A DNA stretch of 64,000 bases from an uncultured Solirubrobacterales bacterium (GTDB taxonomy: Bacteria; Actinomycetota; Thermoleophilia; Solirubrobacterales; Solirubrobacteraceae): NCBI GenBank assembly GCA_963827045.1, contig CAWGZH010000002.1:612520-676519 (forward strand), read 5' to 3'. Positions 52,056 to 62,700 of this stretch are shown piece after piece. Both the position numbers and the translations under genes were made by a program. Numbering within the stretch: position 1 is the first letter of the stretch; the number at the start of each line of letters is the position of its first letter. The notes beneath the pieces are model-generated. The model did not search any database and was not told the DNA's origin. It saw only the letters and a list, made by a program, of their open reading frames with translations.

Positions 52056-52808
52056 GTGGCGACAGCATCTGCTTATGACCGCATCGGAGTTGGCTACCAC
52101 GGAACGCGATGCACCGATCCTGAGCTTGCGAGGGCGATCTGGACCGCGCTCGGTGATGTGCGAACCGTTCTGAATGTAGGCGCGGGCTCCGGCTCCTACG
52201 AGCCGCAGGACGGGCGATGGGTGCTGGCGGTCGAGCCCTCCCAGGTGATGATCGCCCAACGACCAGCCAGTGCCGCACCCGTCATTCAAGCGTCGGTCGA
52301 GAGCCTGCCGCTTGCCGACCAAAGTGTCAACGCCGCGATGGCGATCCTCACCGTCCAGCACTGGAGTGATCTCGAGGCCGGAGTGCGGGAACTGGTCAGA
52401 GTCGTGCGGGACCGGATCGTGATCGTGACGATGGATGTCGGGGTCATCGCGCAACTATGGATCGTGCGCGACTACCTACCAGAGCTGCTCGGCCAGCATG
52501 CCAGTTTCCCATCGATTAACCGTCTGCGGCAACTGCTGCCCAACCTGAGATCCGAGGTGCTGCCTGTCCCGCGCGACTGCGAGGACGGCTTCATGGCAGC
52601 CTTCTGGGCTCGTCCCGAGGCGTACCTTGACCCGGCCGTGCGAGCTGCAACCTCTCCCTGGCATGACCTGCCCACGGCGATTATCGATCGTGCCATGACC
52701 CGATTGCGCGCAGACCTCGACAGCGGCGAGTGGTCACGCCGCTACAGCAGCATCCTGGCAAAGGACGAGTTGGACGTAGGGCTGCGTCTGATCACCGCAA
52801 CCTCCTAG
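52056..52808 (+). CDS. Class I SAM-dependent methyltransferase
   Basis: YDRIG..Y, VLNVGAGSGSYEP, AVEPSQVM, LPLADQS; GGAG RBS. Confidence 0.88.
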   Translation: MATASAYDRIGVGYHGTRCTDPELARAIWTALGDVRTVLNVGAGSGSYEPQDGRWVLAVEPSQVMIAQRPASAAPVIQASVESLPLADQSVNAAMAILTVQHWSDLEAGVRELVRVVRDRIVIVTMDVGVIAQLWIVRDYLPELLGQHASFPSINRLRQLLPNLRSEVLPVPRDCEDGFMAAFWARPEAYLDPAVRAATSPWHDLPTAIIDRAMTRLRADLDSGEWSRRYSSILAKDELDVGLRLITATS

Positions 52809-52846
52809 CGTCGTCCTCGGCCGAAGCTCGTGACAGCGGGCGCGGC
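52809..52846 (+). repeat. About 25-38-bp direct repeat with 53593-53630, flanking the NUDIX gene
   Basis: CGTCGTCCTCG(G/T)CCGAAGCTCGTGA-N5-GGCGCGGC. Confidence 0.8.
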
Positions 52847-52908
52847 GGTCTTGAAGTCCTCGGGTCGCTGCTGGCGTTGGTGATCGGCTCAAGGTGCCCA
52901 ACCGCGTC

Positions 52909-53457
52909 TCACCCCGTTCGTTTCGCATCATCGAGCAACAGCAGTCCATAAGCTGCAACTGAGGGCGCATCCTTCACCTGGCCAGCGCGAAGCATCGCCT
53001 CCCAGTCGTCCCTGCTGACTCTTCGCACTTGCATGTCCTGCTCTTCGACTTGGCGTTGAATCGGCGTCTGTTCGAGGTTGGTGGCTAGCCATATGTCAAA
53101 GCCCTGGGTGCTGTATCCGTAAGCCTCGTACAGGTGCCCGATATGGCGTAGTGATCCGGCACTAAGCCCGGTCTCCTCTTGCAACTCTCCGCGGGCTAGT
53201 GTCGCGGCGTCGGCGTCCGGTTGTTGCTCCCATGATCCCTGAGGAAACTCCAGGTAGCGCCGCGAGACCGGGTAACGGTACTGCTTCACCAACCACAGAC
53301 TGCCGTCGGTATCGCGGGGAACGATCAGCGCAAAATCCTCCTTCTCGACGACCCCAAAGACGCCCTTGCTGCCATCGGCACGCTCGATCGCGTCCTCACG
53401 GACACGCATCCACCTGTTTTCGTAGACGAGCCGGCTAGAGACCTGACGAATGCTCAT
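52909..53457 (-). CDS. NUDIX hydrolase (ADP-ribose pyrophosphatase-like)
   Basis: KQYRYP, EFPQG...ARGELQEETGL, VKDAPS. Confidence 0.9.
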   Translation of the reverse strand: MSIRQVSSRLVYENRWMRVREDAIERADGSKGVFGVVEKEDFALIVPRDTDGSLWLVKQYRYPVSRRYLEFPQGSWEQQPDADAATLARGELQEETGLSAGSLRHIGHLYEAYGYSTQGFDIWLATNLEQTPIQRQVEEQDMQVRRVSRDDWEAMLRAGQVKDAPSVAAYGLLLLDDAKRTG

Positions 53458-53768
53458 GTCGTCCTCAGATGATCGAGGGTTAGACAAGAGAACCTTCTGG
53501 ACGCATCGCCATAACCTAACGCCCAAGGGTCAGTGCCACGCCACGGCTGTTCCCTCAGCACGGGCAGTCCAGGCCAGCCGATCAAAGCTGATCGTCGTCC
53601 TCGTCCGAAGCTCGTGATGGGTGGCGCGGCAACCGATCAGCGTGCGCGAGGCTCCGCGCCGGCTCCCCCGGGGCGTAGGCCGTACGCTCTGGGCAAGGTG
53701 CCCGCGGCTCGCGCACAGTCCCGATTCAATCGGTCAGCGGCGGCAGCCTGCTCGCGAGGCGTCCTATC

Positions 53769-56318
53769 GTGACTCGGCGGACCTCGATGCGGCTCATGGG
53801 TGTGGGTGGTGTGTTGGGGTTGTTTCGTTTGCGGTTTGGGTCGCGGCGTGTGGTGTTGTTGGATTTGTTTGCGGTGGCTGGGATTGCGATTGGGGTGGGG
53901 TTGTTGTTCGCCTCCCAGGTAGCGAGCACGAGCCTGTCGGGGTCGGTGCGGGCGTTGAGTAGCCAGGTCGTGGGGCGTGCTCAGTATCAGTTGATGGCGC
54001 GCGGCCCGAATGGTGTCAGCGAAGACCTGCTGCTCGATGCGCGGCGTGTTCGGGGTGTGAGGGTGGCGTTGCCGATCTTGGAGTACCCGGCAGCGGTGAT
54101 CGGTCCTACGGGGCGGAGGCGTGCTGTTGATCTTGTTGGTGTGGACCCAAGGTTTGAGCATTTCAGTAGCCCGTCGTTGAAAAGGTTCAAGCCCTCGACG
54201 CTCGCGAAGTTCGAAACGATCGCGCTCCCCGAACCCGTAGCAGCCGGGATCGGGGCGGGACCCCTTGAAACTGTGAGCGTGCAGGTCGGGGCGAGGATCA
54301 TCCCCACCCTGTTCGGGACCGTGCTCGCCAGGCGGGATATCGGGAGCCTCGTGAACAGTCCGGTGCTGATCGCACCCATCCTCTACGCCCAACAGCTCAC
54401 CAGCATGAAGAACCGTGTGACACGAGTGTTCGTTCAGGCCGACCCCGGCCATGAGCATGAAGTGCTTGAAGGGCTCCGCGAGCAGGCACGGGTGTGGAAT
54501 GTGAACTTGGAGCCCGCGAGCTTCGACGCGCGCCTGTTCGCGACCGCGGAGTCACCGGAGAACCAGAGCGAGACACTGTTCTCCGTCATCAGCGCAATCG
54601 TCGGCTTCATGCTCGCCCTCTGCGCCATCCTCATCACCGTCCCACGACGACGACGGGTACTGAAGATCATCGAGCTGGATGGTCTGAACCCGGCGATGCT
54701 GTTTGAGGGTCTCGTTTTCGATGCGTTGGTGTTGAGTCTCCTTGCGTGTGTCATTGGGATTGTGCTCGGTGACGTGCTGTCGATCGCTGTGCTTCGTTCC
54801 ACGCCTGGGTATCTGGCGTTTGCGTTTCCTGTTGGAGATGCACGGATCATTCACTGGCAGAGCGCGGCGCTTGCGGTGAGCGCCGGAACACTTGCCGCCT
54901 TCGTGGGTGTCCTCTGGCCATTGCGCGACGTGTTCCGCACGACTGGCGAGCGTCATGCACCCCTGCGCTCGTGGAGTGGTCTGCGGATCGTCGCCGGGGC
55001 CGTGTGCCTGACAGTCACGACGGCGGTCCTGTTCTTTGCGCCGGCAGCGTCACAGCTTGGGAGTTTCACTTTGGTGATCGCGCTGTTGTGCGTCTTGCCG
55101 TTCGTGCTTAACGTCGCCGTGGATCTTTTCACGACGGTCCAACGCATTCTGAATCGTGCGTCTCCTGATATTGCGGCGACGTTTTTGCGTAGTCCGAAGA
55201 CTCGCGTGTTGTCGCTTGCGGTTGTGGCGATCGGGGGTGTGGCTGTGTTCGCGGTCGTGGCAAGTAGCGGTGCGCAGCGCAATCTTCAGCACGGCCTGGA
55301 CAGCTCAGCACATGACATCGACTCGACGGCTGATGTGTGGGTCAGCACGCGAGGTGAAACAAATGCGTTCGCGACGACACCCTTCACCGACCCTACGGCC
55401 GCCCACCGGCTCGCGGCTCTGCCGGGCGTGAGCGGGGTTGGTGTTTATCGGGGGAGCTTTCTTGATTGGGGCTCGCGCAGGGTGTGGGTCCTTGCCCCAC
55501 CAGCGGAAAGCAGTGCGCCGATCCCGGCGAGCGAGATCACCGGTGGCAACCTGGCCGTGGCGACCCGTCGGTTGAAAGAACACGGTTGGGTGGCGCTCTC
55601 CCAAGCCCTCGCCGACGAAAATCATTTGCGTGTCGGGGAGGCGTTCACGCTCCCCTCACCACAACCTGAGACGTTCCGTGTCGCGGCGCTGACAACGAAC
55701 CTCGGATGGCCACCAGGCGCGATCGTCCTCAACAGCCAAGACTACGCCACAGCCTGGGCCTCAACAGACCCAAGCGCATACGAGATCCACACCACCCCCG
55801 GAACCTCACCACAAGCAGTGCGGCATGAGGCACAACAACTTCTCGGCCCCAACACCGGCCTCACAGTCCAAACCGCTAGCGAACGAGAGCGGCTGCATTA
55901 CAAGCTCGCCGCACAAGGACTCTCCCGCCTCACACAAATACGGGTACTCGTCCTCATCGCCGCAGTCATCGCAATGCTCGCCGCACTCGGCTCACTCATC
56001 TCCCAGCACCGAAACGACATACGAGAGTTCAGGGGTGAAGGGATACCCAAGGGCGTGTTGTGGCGTTGGCTCTTGTGGGAAACGACAATCCTGCTCACCG
56101 TCGGTTGCCTCACCGGTGCGGTGTTCGGGATCTACGGGCAATTGTTGCTCAGCCACGCACTACAAACCGTCACAGGCTTCCCCACAAGCCTCAACATCGA
56201 ACCCGTCACAGCACTGACCACGTTCATACTCCTCACCGCGATTGCGCTCGCGGTAATTGCCCTACCCGGTTACCTCTCGGTACGGGCGCCGCACGCCAAA
56301 GTCCGCACCGCCAACTGA
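53769..56318 (+). CDS. FtsX/MacB-like ABC permease, orphan paralog of 18469-21018
   Basis: Same length (849 aa) with long near-identical blocks; no adjacent ATPase. Confidence 0.88.
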   Translation: MTRRTSMRLMGVGGVLGLFRLRFGSRRVVLLDLFAVAGIAIGVGLLFASQVASTSLSGSVRALSSQVVGRAQYQLMARGPNGVSEDLLLDARRVRGVRVALPILEYPAAVIGPTGRRRAVDLVGVDPRFEHFSSPSLKRFKPSTLAKFETIALPEPVAAGIGAGPLETVSVQVGARIIPTLFGTVLARRDIGSLVNSPVLIAPILYAQQLTSMKNRVTRVFVQADPGHEHEVLEGLREQARVWNVNLEPASFDARLFATAESPENQSETLFSVISAIVGFMLALCAILITVPRRRRVLKIIELDGLNPAMLFEGLVFDALVLSLLACVIGIVLGDVLSIAVLRSTPGYLAFAFPVGDARIIHWQSAALAVSAGTLAAFVGVLWPLRDVFRTTGERHAPLRSWSGLRIVAGAVCLTVTTAVLFFAPAASQLGSFTLVIALLCVLPFVLNVAVDLFTTVQRILNRASPDIAATFLRSPKTRVLSLAVVAIGGVAVFAVVASSGAQRNLQHGLDSSAHDIDSTADVWVSTRGETNAFATTPFTDPTAAHRLAALPGVSGVGVYRGSFLDWGSRRVWVLAPPAESSAPIPASEITGGNLAVATRRLKEHGWVALSQALADENHLRVGEAFTLPSPQPETFRVAALTTNLGWPPGAIVLNSQDYATAWASTDPSAYEIHTTPGTSPQAVRHEAQQLLGPNTGLTVQTASERERLHYKLAAQGLSRLTQIRVLVLIAAVIAMLAALGSLISQHRNDIREFRGEGIPKGVLWRWLLWETTILLTVGCLTGAVFGIYGQLLLSHALQTVTGFPTSLNIEPVTALTTFILLTAIALAVIALPGYLSVRAPHAKVRTAN

Positions 56319-57434
56319 CCGGGGCTCCGGTTGCCTGTCCTCGCTGGCTAGCGGCGCTGCCGCGCCCACGGGAATCGACGGTTGAGCGTCGCTTGGTGTT
56401 GGCGGGCTCTGGGGGGCGGTGCTCACTCGGTTGCGGCCTCGCTGCTTGGCGTCGTAGAGAGCGCGGTCTGCCGCCTCGAGAACGTGTGTGAAGCGGACGG
56501 CCTTGCCAGGGTCCGAGGCGGCTACTCCGAAGCTCATCGTGACGCGCTCCCCGCTATCCAGGGGCTCGCCTGCAACGGCGAGCCGGAGGCTCTCGGCAAC
56601 GGCTGCGGCGTCGCCGAGTCCGCCTCCGAGAACGAGCACGATCTCCTCGCCGCCGTATCGGTAGAGGTGGTCAAGCGCCCGCACCTGGCCGCGCAGGCGC
56701 GCGGCGATCTGTCTGAGCGCCGCGTCTCCTCCCTGGTGTCCGATCCGTTCGTTGAGCTCCCCGAAGTGGTCGATGTCGCCGAACACGATCGCGAGTGGCC
56801 CGCCTGTGGCTTCGGCTTGCTCGGCGAGCCCGTCAACCTGGATGTCGAAAGCGCGACGGTTGAGCAGCCCCGTGAGGCCGTCGATCACGGTCGCCCCTCG
56901 GTGCTCTAGGTCGGACTGCATCAGTGGGGTTGAGAGCTTCGCTGTCGCGAGGATGAGAGCGGCGGGCGCGACGAAGAGCGGCGGCTCGGCGAGTACCGCG
57001 TGAAAGTCGGTGGCGAAGCACACGGCCGCAAGGAGCAGGAGCGAGATCCCCGAGCCGACTGCGACGACTCGCCCGTTGAACCGGGCCGCGAGCGTGACGA
57101 TCGGCAGGGCGAGCCATGTGATCGTCGCGACGCGCGGCCCGCCGGTGAGTGCCACGCAGAAGGCGATGATCGTCTCGGCGCTGAGCCATGCGCCAAGGAG
57201 AACGTATTCACGGTGTTTGGATGTGCGGGCGCGGATGTGCGCGATCCGGAACGTCACCATCGCGAGCGCGAGCGGGGGGAGCGTCCACGGTCCAAGCCAC
57301 GGCACGCAGATCAGCAGCGCGACCGCGAGAATGCCCATCGCCTGCCGCGAGACTGATTGGAGCCGCTCGTCCATGTCGAGCAGTCGCGCCGTGTCGAGAT
57401 CCCCGAACAGCCATTGATGCACGCGCGATCTCAT
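56262..57434 (-). CDS. Membrane-bound GGDEF diguanylate cyclase
   Basis: About 6 TM helices; LTGLLNRRAF, DIDHF..LN...GH..GD, RxxD I-site (RALD), GGEEI. Confidence 0.88.
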   Translation of the reverse strand: MRSRVHQWLFGDLDTARLLDMDERLQSVSRQAMGILAVALLICVPWLGPWTLPPLALAMVTFRIAHIRARTSKHREYVLLGAWLSAETIIAFCVALTGGPRVATITWLALPIVTLAARFNGRVVAVGSGISLLLLAAVCFATDFHAVLAEPPLFVAPAALILATAKLSTPLMQSDLEHRGATVIDGLTGLLNRRAFDIQVDGLAEQAEATGGPLAIVFGDIDHFGELNERIGHQGGDAALRQIAARLRGQVRALDHLYRYGGEEIVLVLGGGLGDAAAVAESLRLAVAGEPLDSGERVTMSFGVAASDPGKAVRFTHVLEAADRALYDAKQRGRNRVSTAPQSPPTPSDAQPSIPVGAAAPLASEDRQPEPRSVGGADFGVRRPYREVTG

Positions 57435-57796
57435 TGCTCTGCAATCGGCATGACGCGCTCGGCTCATTACTCGAATGGGCGCGACGTGGGCCGAACGTCT
57501 GGGCGGCGTTGCCGCTCGTCACGCCAGCCGGAATTGCGGCCTGGTTTCGTGTCGGCGGCTCTCCGCTCGTCACGCCTATCGGAACCTGCGCCCCGTATTT
57601 TGCAGGGTGCGTTGCGTTGCCTCGACGGGCCTGCGGAGGGCACCGGTTGGACCTAGAGTTCCCGGCGCTGAGAACGGCTCGGGCCACCGACCAAAAGTGG
57701 CGGCGGTGGCCCAAGATCCGGACTCGGTGATCAAAGCAAAGAGGCATCCATCAAGTACAACTGTGCCTCGCCGCCTGTAGTTCCAGTTCGTAGTGC

Positions 57797-57834
57797 GGGG
57801 ACCCGGAGGTATCGACTTCGGGTCCCCTTTCTTC
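57797..57834 (+). terminator. Intrinsic terminator 1 in the long intergenic leader
   Basis: GGGGACCCGGA...TTCGGGTCCCC followed by TTTTCTT. Confidence 0.7.
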
Positions 57835-58164
57835 TCGGCACCTCGGCGGGCTCGCTTTAGCCGCAAACGTTTCTGACCACCTCTTAGTGTTGCTCGTCGC
57901 GCCAGTCCGAACTCGCGCCCCGGTTGGTCACGGCAATCGGAATTATGGGCGGTCGGGTGTTCGCTGTTCGGACTGTGCGAGCGGTTCACCTCACTTGGTG
58001 ATGGCGGCCCGCGCGGAGCTGGTGCACGGCTTGTGGGGCGGGGCTACGCTGATTTCACGGCTTGGACTTCGCTCGCCTCCGGGGTTGGCAGGATGAAGGC
58101 GACGGGCGGCGTCCGAGCGCGCAACGGAGCCGCGGCGTCCCTCGTTTTGAGCTGTGGCTGCGAG

Positions 58165-58207
58165 TGAGGACCCGGAGCAATCCCCATTGTCCGGGTCCTC
58201 ATTTTTT
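58165..58207 (+). terminator. Intrinsic terminator 2 in the long intergenic leader
   Basis: TGAGGACCCGGA...TCCGGGTCCTCA followed by TTTTTT. Confidence 0.75.
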
Positions 58208-58430
58208 GACATTTACTAGACACTCAAGCGGTTTGGAGATAACCGCTATGCGGGATACGGGGAGAATCTGGACTTGTATGCTGGACCGGCAGGACGAGCG
58301 AGAGCTGCGCCGGTTGAGCGTTCGATCTCGCTGGAGCATCACCGCGAATGGGCACCAATCGAACACAAAGACACGCCGGCCTAAGGACTCCCGGCGTGCA
58401 CGAATGGGCATCTCGTGAATGGGAGGGCAT

Positions 58431-58934
58431 ATGACACGCAGCTCGGGGGCAAAGACGCGCAGCCTGACTCTCTTGGTCTGTCTCGCCGTGACACTCGGCG
58501 CGGCGATCGCAGTGGCCGCGCAGGCATCCGGCAGCACACGCGACCCGGTGGCGAGGGCCGCCAAACGCGTGCACTTCGTTGAGGTCGCGAAGCTGAAATA
58601 CAGCCACGAAAAAGGCACGGCGATCGTGGAGACCGGCAACGCGACCGGCACCTACGATGCGCCGCTCATCTGCGAATTCATTCTGCACGCCTCCTCGGTG
58701 TCAGCGGTCGTCACGATCTCCCCGAAGGGGGGCACGATCACGGGTACCGCGACCGCGAAATTCAAGGACGTGGGTCACCTGGACTACTTCGGCGGCGAAT
58801 TCAGGTTCGGTCACGGCACCGGCAAGTTCCGGCACATCTCCCTCGTCAACGGGAAGCCGCTCGGATTCAGCGGCGTCCTGAACCACGAAACGGACGCAGG
58901 GGAAGTCAAAACCAGCGGGGAAGCAAACGACTAG
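58431..58934 (+). CDS. Small secreted beta-rich protein
   Basis: GGGAGG RBS, signal peptide, GGTITG and GHGTGKF turns suggestive of a small beta-barrel. Confidence 0.7.
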   Translation: MTRSSGAKTRSLTLLVCLAVTLGAAIAVAAQASGSTRDPVARAAKRVHFVEVAKLKYSHEKGTAIVETGNATGTYDAPLICEFILHASSVSAVVTISPKGGTITGTATAKFKDVGHLDYFGGEFRFGHGTGKFRHISLVNGKPLGFSGVLNHETDAGEVKTSGEAND

Positions 58935-58960
58935 CCGCCATCGTCAAGACGGACACTTCG

Positions 58961-59725
58961 GTGCTCCTTCCCAGGGCGATGGTGGCGGCGTTGATCGGCT
59001 GCTTCTGCTTCGCCTCCACAGCAACCGCAGCCGACACGACGAAGCTGAACATCTCCTTCGTCCCTGACCGCGCGGGCGCACGCACAACGATCGACCTTGC
59101 GCTGCGGGTCATCGGGCCACACGGCACGCCACCGCAACCTGTCACCTCGTTTGATCTGCGGCTGCCCGCGAGCATGGGTCTCGCCAGCACCTCTCTAGGG
59201 GAGGCGAACTGCGAGCCGGCCGCGCTGTTCAGCGGCGGCTTGACGGGCTGCTCCCCAAACGCCCGGCTTGGCTTCGGCACCGCCACGGCGGTTGTGCCAG
59301 TCGGCGCTCAGACGATCACCGAGCACGCGACCCTAGACGCCCTGCTCGGGCAACCGGGCGAAGACCGAATCGAAGTGCTGTTCTACATCCAGGCTGGCGA
59401 TCCCGTCTTCGCTCAACTGGTCCTTCCGAGCATCGTCGAAGAAGCCGCACCCCCCTATGGCGAACAGCTCGCCACGTCCGTTCCACTGGTCGAAGCGTGG
59501 CCCGAAGGACCCGACCTCGCCCTTGAGACTTTCGTGTCGTCCATCGGTCCTCGCGGCCTGACCTACTACCGGCACATCAACGGACGCACGGTCGCGCACA
59601 AGCCGCGCGGATTCAGGATCCCCAAGAGCTGCCCGGCGGGCGGCTACCCGTTCGAGGTCGAGCTGACATTCGCCGACGGCACGCAAAGCGCCGCCACCCA
59701 CCGAGTCCCGTGCCCGCCCCGATAG
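58961..59725 (+). CDS. Secreted single-domain member of the LPxG/Cys-pair domain family
   Basis: Signal peptide; LRLPASM...CEPAALFSGGLTGCSPNARLG. Confidence 0.7.
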   Translation: MLLPRAMVAALIGCFCFASTATAADTTKLNISFVPDRAGARTTIDLALRVIGPHGTPPQPVTSFDLRLPASMGLASTSLGEANCEPAALFSGGLTGCSPNARLGFGTATAVVPVGAQTITEHATLDALLGQPGEDRIEVLFYIQAGDPVFAQLVLPSIVEEAAPPYGEQLATSVPLVEAWPEGPDLALETFVSSIGPRGLTYYRHINGRTVAHKPRGFRIPKSCPAGGYPFEVELTFADGTQSAATHRVPCPPR

Positions 59726-59770
59726 CCCCAGAAGCCGGGGTACGCCCGCCGCGCATCATCCGCGTGCGTC

Positions 59771-62700
59771 TTGCCCGTGCGGCAGACCCTCGCCGCGTGC
59801 CTGCTCTGCCTGGCGGTTGGCGCGGCTCCCGCCGCCGCCAGCGAAGCACCGTTTGCTGTCTCGGCGTTCACGACGCAGGCGACCGAAGTGCCCCCGAGCG
59901 GCGGAAGCGAACCCGTGCCCTTCGATCAGGCAGGCGGACATCCCTTCGCGCTCACAACAACCGTCAACTTCGCGGCTGGCGATGACCCCAAGGATCTTCG
60001 GATCGAGTTGCCGCCCGGTCTGCTCGCGAACCCGCGAGCGGTCGCTCAGTGCTCGCCCCAGGCCGCACAGTGCCCCACCGACTCGCAGGTCGGCGTCTTC
60101 TCGCTGCACTTCACAGGCGACGAACAGCAGCTCGAAGTCGAGGGCTCGATCTACAACCTCACCCCCTACACAGGTGTCCCCGCAGAGCTCGGCCTCGAAG
60201 TGCCGATCCTTGACCGGATCATCCTCACCGCCCACCTCATCAGAAGCCCCGCCGGGTACACCCTCGCGCTCGTGGGGAGCGGCCTGCCGACCCTGAACCT
60301 CGGCGAACTGCTGAGCGGAGCGCCGCCGCTTCACCTGTCGGGCATGGAAACAACCCTGTGGGGTGTCCCGGCCGCCGCCGCACACGACGCGCAGCGAGGC
60401 ATCTCATGCTTCGGCGGGATCGTCGCCGGGCTCGGCTGCCAAGGCGGCGGCCTGTCTGACGGCGAACCGGCCGTGCCGTTCATCACGATGCCAAGCGGCT
60501 GCTCCACAACACCCGTGAGCACCGTGTGGGCCGACTCGTGGCAGGAACCGGGACGCTACGTCCAAGCACAATACGCGCTGCCCACGATGTCCTCCTGCGA
60601 CCGCTCAGTGTTCTGGCCAGAACTGTCTTTGCGCCCTGAAACGCTTCGACCGGAAGCGGCTGACGGGGTCAGCCTCGCGATCAACGTCCACGAGTTTGAA
60701 GGCAGCACGGTCGCGGCCCCGGAGCTGCGAGCCGCGAGGGTCACCCTCCCGCAGGGCATGGCAATCAACCCGGCTGTAGCGGACGGCCTCAAGGCTTGCC
60801 CGGCGAGCGGACCAGAAGGCGTCAACATCCCCACCGGTGTGAACTCGAGCGGCGAACCGCTGGCACCCGGGGAACCTGGACCCGGCGAAGAAATCCCGCC
60901 AGAGGGCCTCGGCCCACAGGAACCCGAACTCTCACCTGGCCACTGCCCCAACGCCTCGATCCTCGGGACAGCCGAAGCGATCACGCCGCTGCTTGCGCAT
61001 CCGATCGAAGGGCGCGTCTACATCGCGACGCCCGGATGCGGCGGCGACGGCGAACCGGCGTGCACCGAGGAGGACGCCGCCGACGGCAACCTCTACAAGC
61101 TGTGGATCGAACTCGGGGCCGGCCCGAACACGAAACGAAACGAAGGGGTGTTGCTGAAGCTGGCCGCGAGCGTGGAGGCGAACCCGGCCACCGGGCAGCT
61201 CACCGTCCATCTCACGGAAAGCCCTCAACTCCCCTTGAGCGAACTGACCCTTCACTTGTTCGGCGGCGAACGAGCATTGCTTGTGAACCCGTCGAGCTGC
61301 GGGGCGGCAACCACCACCTCCGACCTTCAGTCGTGGAGCGCCCCGTTCGCCGCTGACGCCTCACCCTCCTCGTACTTCAACGTGACTGGCTGCACCAGCC
61401 GCCCCCTCGCCCCACGATTCCTCGCCGGTGTCGTGAACCCGGACGCGGCGGCGTCAAGCCCTTTCATCCTCACACTCAGTCGCGGCGCTGGCGAACCGTA
61501 TCTCTCCGCCCTACAGGCCCAAACGCCGCCCGGCGTCTCGGCGATGCTCTCAAGCGTGCCGCCCTGCACCGAACCGCAGGCCAGCAGCGGCGGCTGCCCC
61601 GAAGCCTCTCGTGTCGGGAGCGCCGAAGTATCAGCAGGCGGCGGATCCCTGCCGTTGCGACTGCCGGGAGCGATCTACCTCACCACCGGCTTTCACGGCG
61701 CCCCGTTCGGCCTGTCGATCGTCACCAACGCCGACGCTGGACCCTTGCACCTCGGAGCGATCGTGACCCGCGCCACCGTCACCATCGACCCTGTCACGGC
61801 GGCGCTCACGATCACGACCAACCCGCTGCCGCAGATCGTGCTCGGCGTCCCCCTGCGGGTGCAGCGCGTGAGCCTGAACATCGACCGGCCAGGCTTCATC
61901 CTCAACCCAACCGACTGCCACGCAGAGCACGTCACAGCGACGATCGCGAGCACGGAAGGCGCAAGCACGAACGTGTCTGACCCCTTCGCGGTCGGAGATT
62001 GCGCGAGCCTGCCGTTCAAACCGAAGCTGACCGCGTCAACGAGCGCACACAACACCTTCGCGAGCGGCGCGAGCCTCGACATGCGGCTCACCTTCCCACC
62101 CGCCACGGCCGGAGCGCCCGCGAACATCAAGCGCATTCGAGTCGCGCTGCCCATCCATCTCCCCTCCCGCCTCACAACCCTCCAGGGCGCTTGCCCGGCA
62201 GCTACCTTCGCTCACAACCCCGCGGCTTGCCCTCCCTCCTCGACGGTCGGGATCGCGACAGCCCACACCCCGCTCCTGTCCGGCGCCCTGACCGGACCCG
62301 TCGTGTTCGTCACCCGTGGCCGCGATCAAGTTCCGGCACCCAGCGTGATCCTCCAAGGCAACGATGTGACGCTCATCCTCCAGGGCTCAACCGCGATCAA
62401 CACCCAAGGCGTCGCGACAGTCGCTTTCAACTCGATCCCCGACGTGCCTTTGCAGAGCCTCGAGCTGTACCTCCCACAGGGCGCGCACTCGCTCGTGACC
62501 GCCAACACGAACCTGTGCGCACTCACCCGAACAGTGCTCGTGACCCGCCACGTCAAGGTCCGCGAGCACGGCCGCACAGTGCGCCGCTCGAAGCGCGTGC
62601 GCAAGCGACTGCCCGCCACCCTGCGAATGCCAACAGAACTCGCCGGCCAGAACGGGGCGGTCATCCACGACACGACGCCGGTCACGGTGAGCGGCTGCGC

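Noticed and set aside
57775-57800. AGTTCGTAGTGC resembling part of a c-di-GMP-II riboswitch
   Set aside because: The following AACC and a suitably placed GCAC pseudoknot partner are missing; probably chance.
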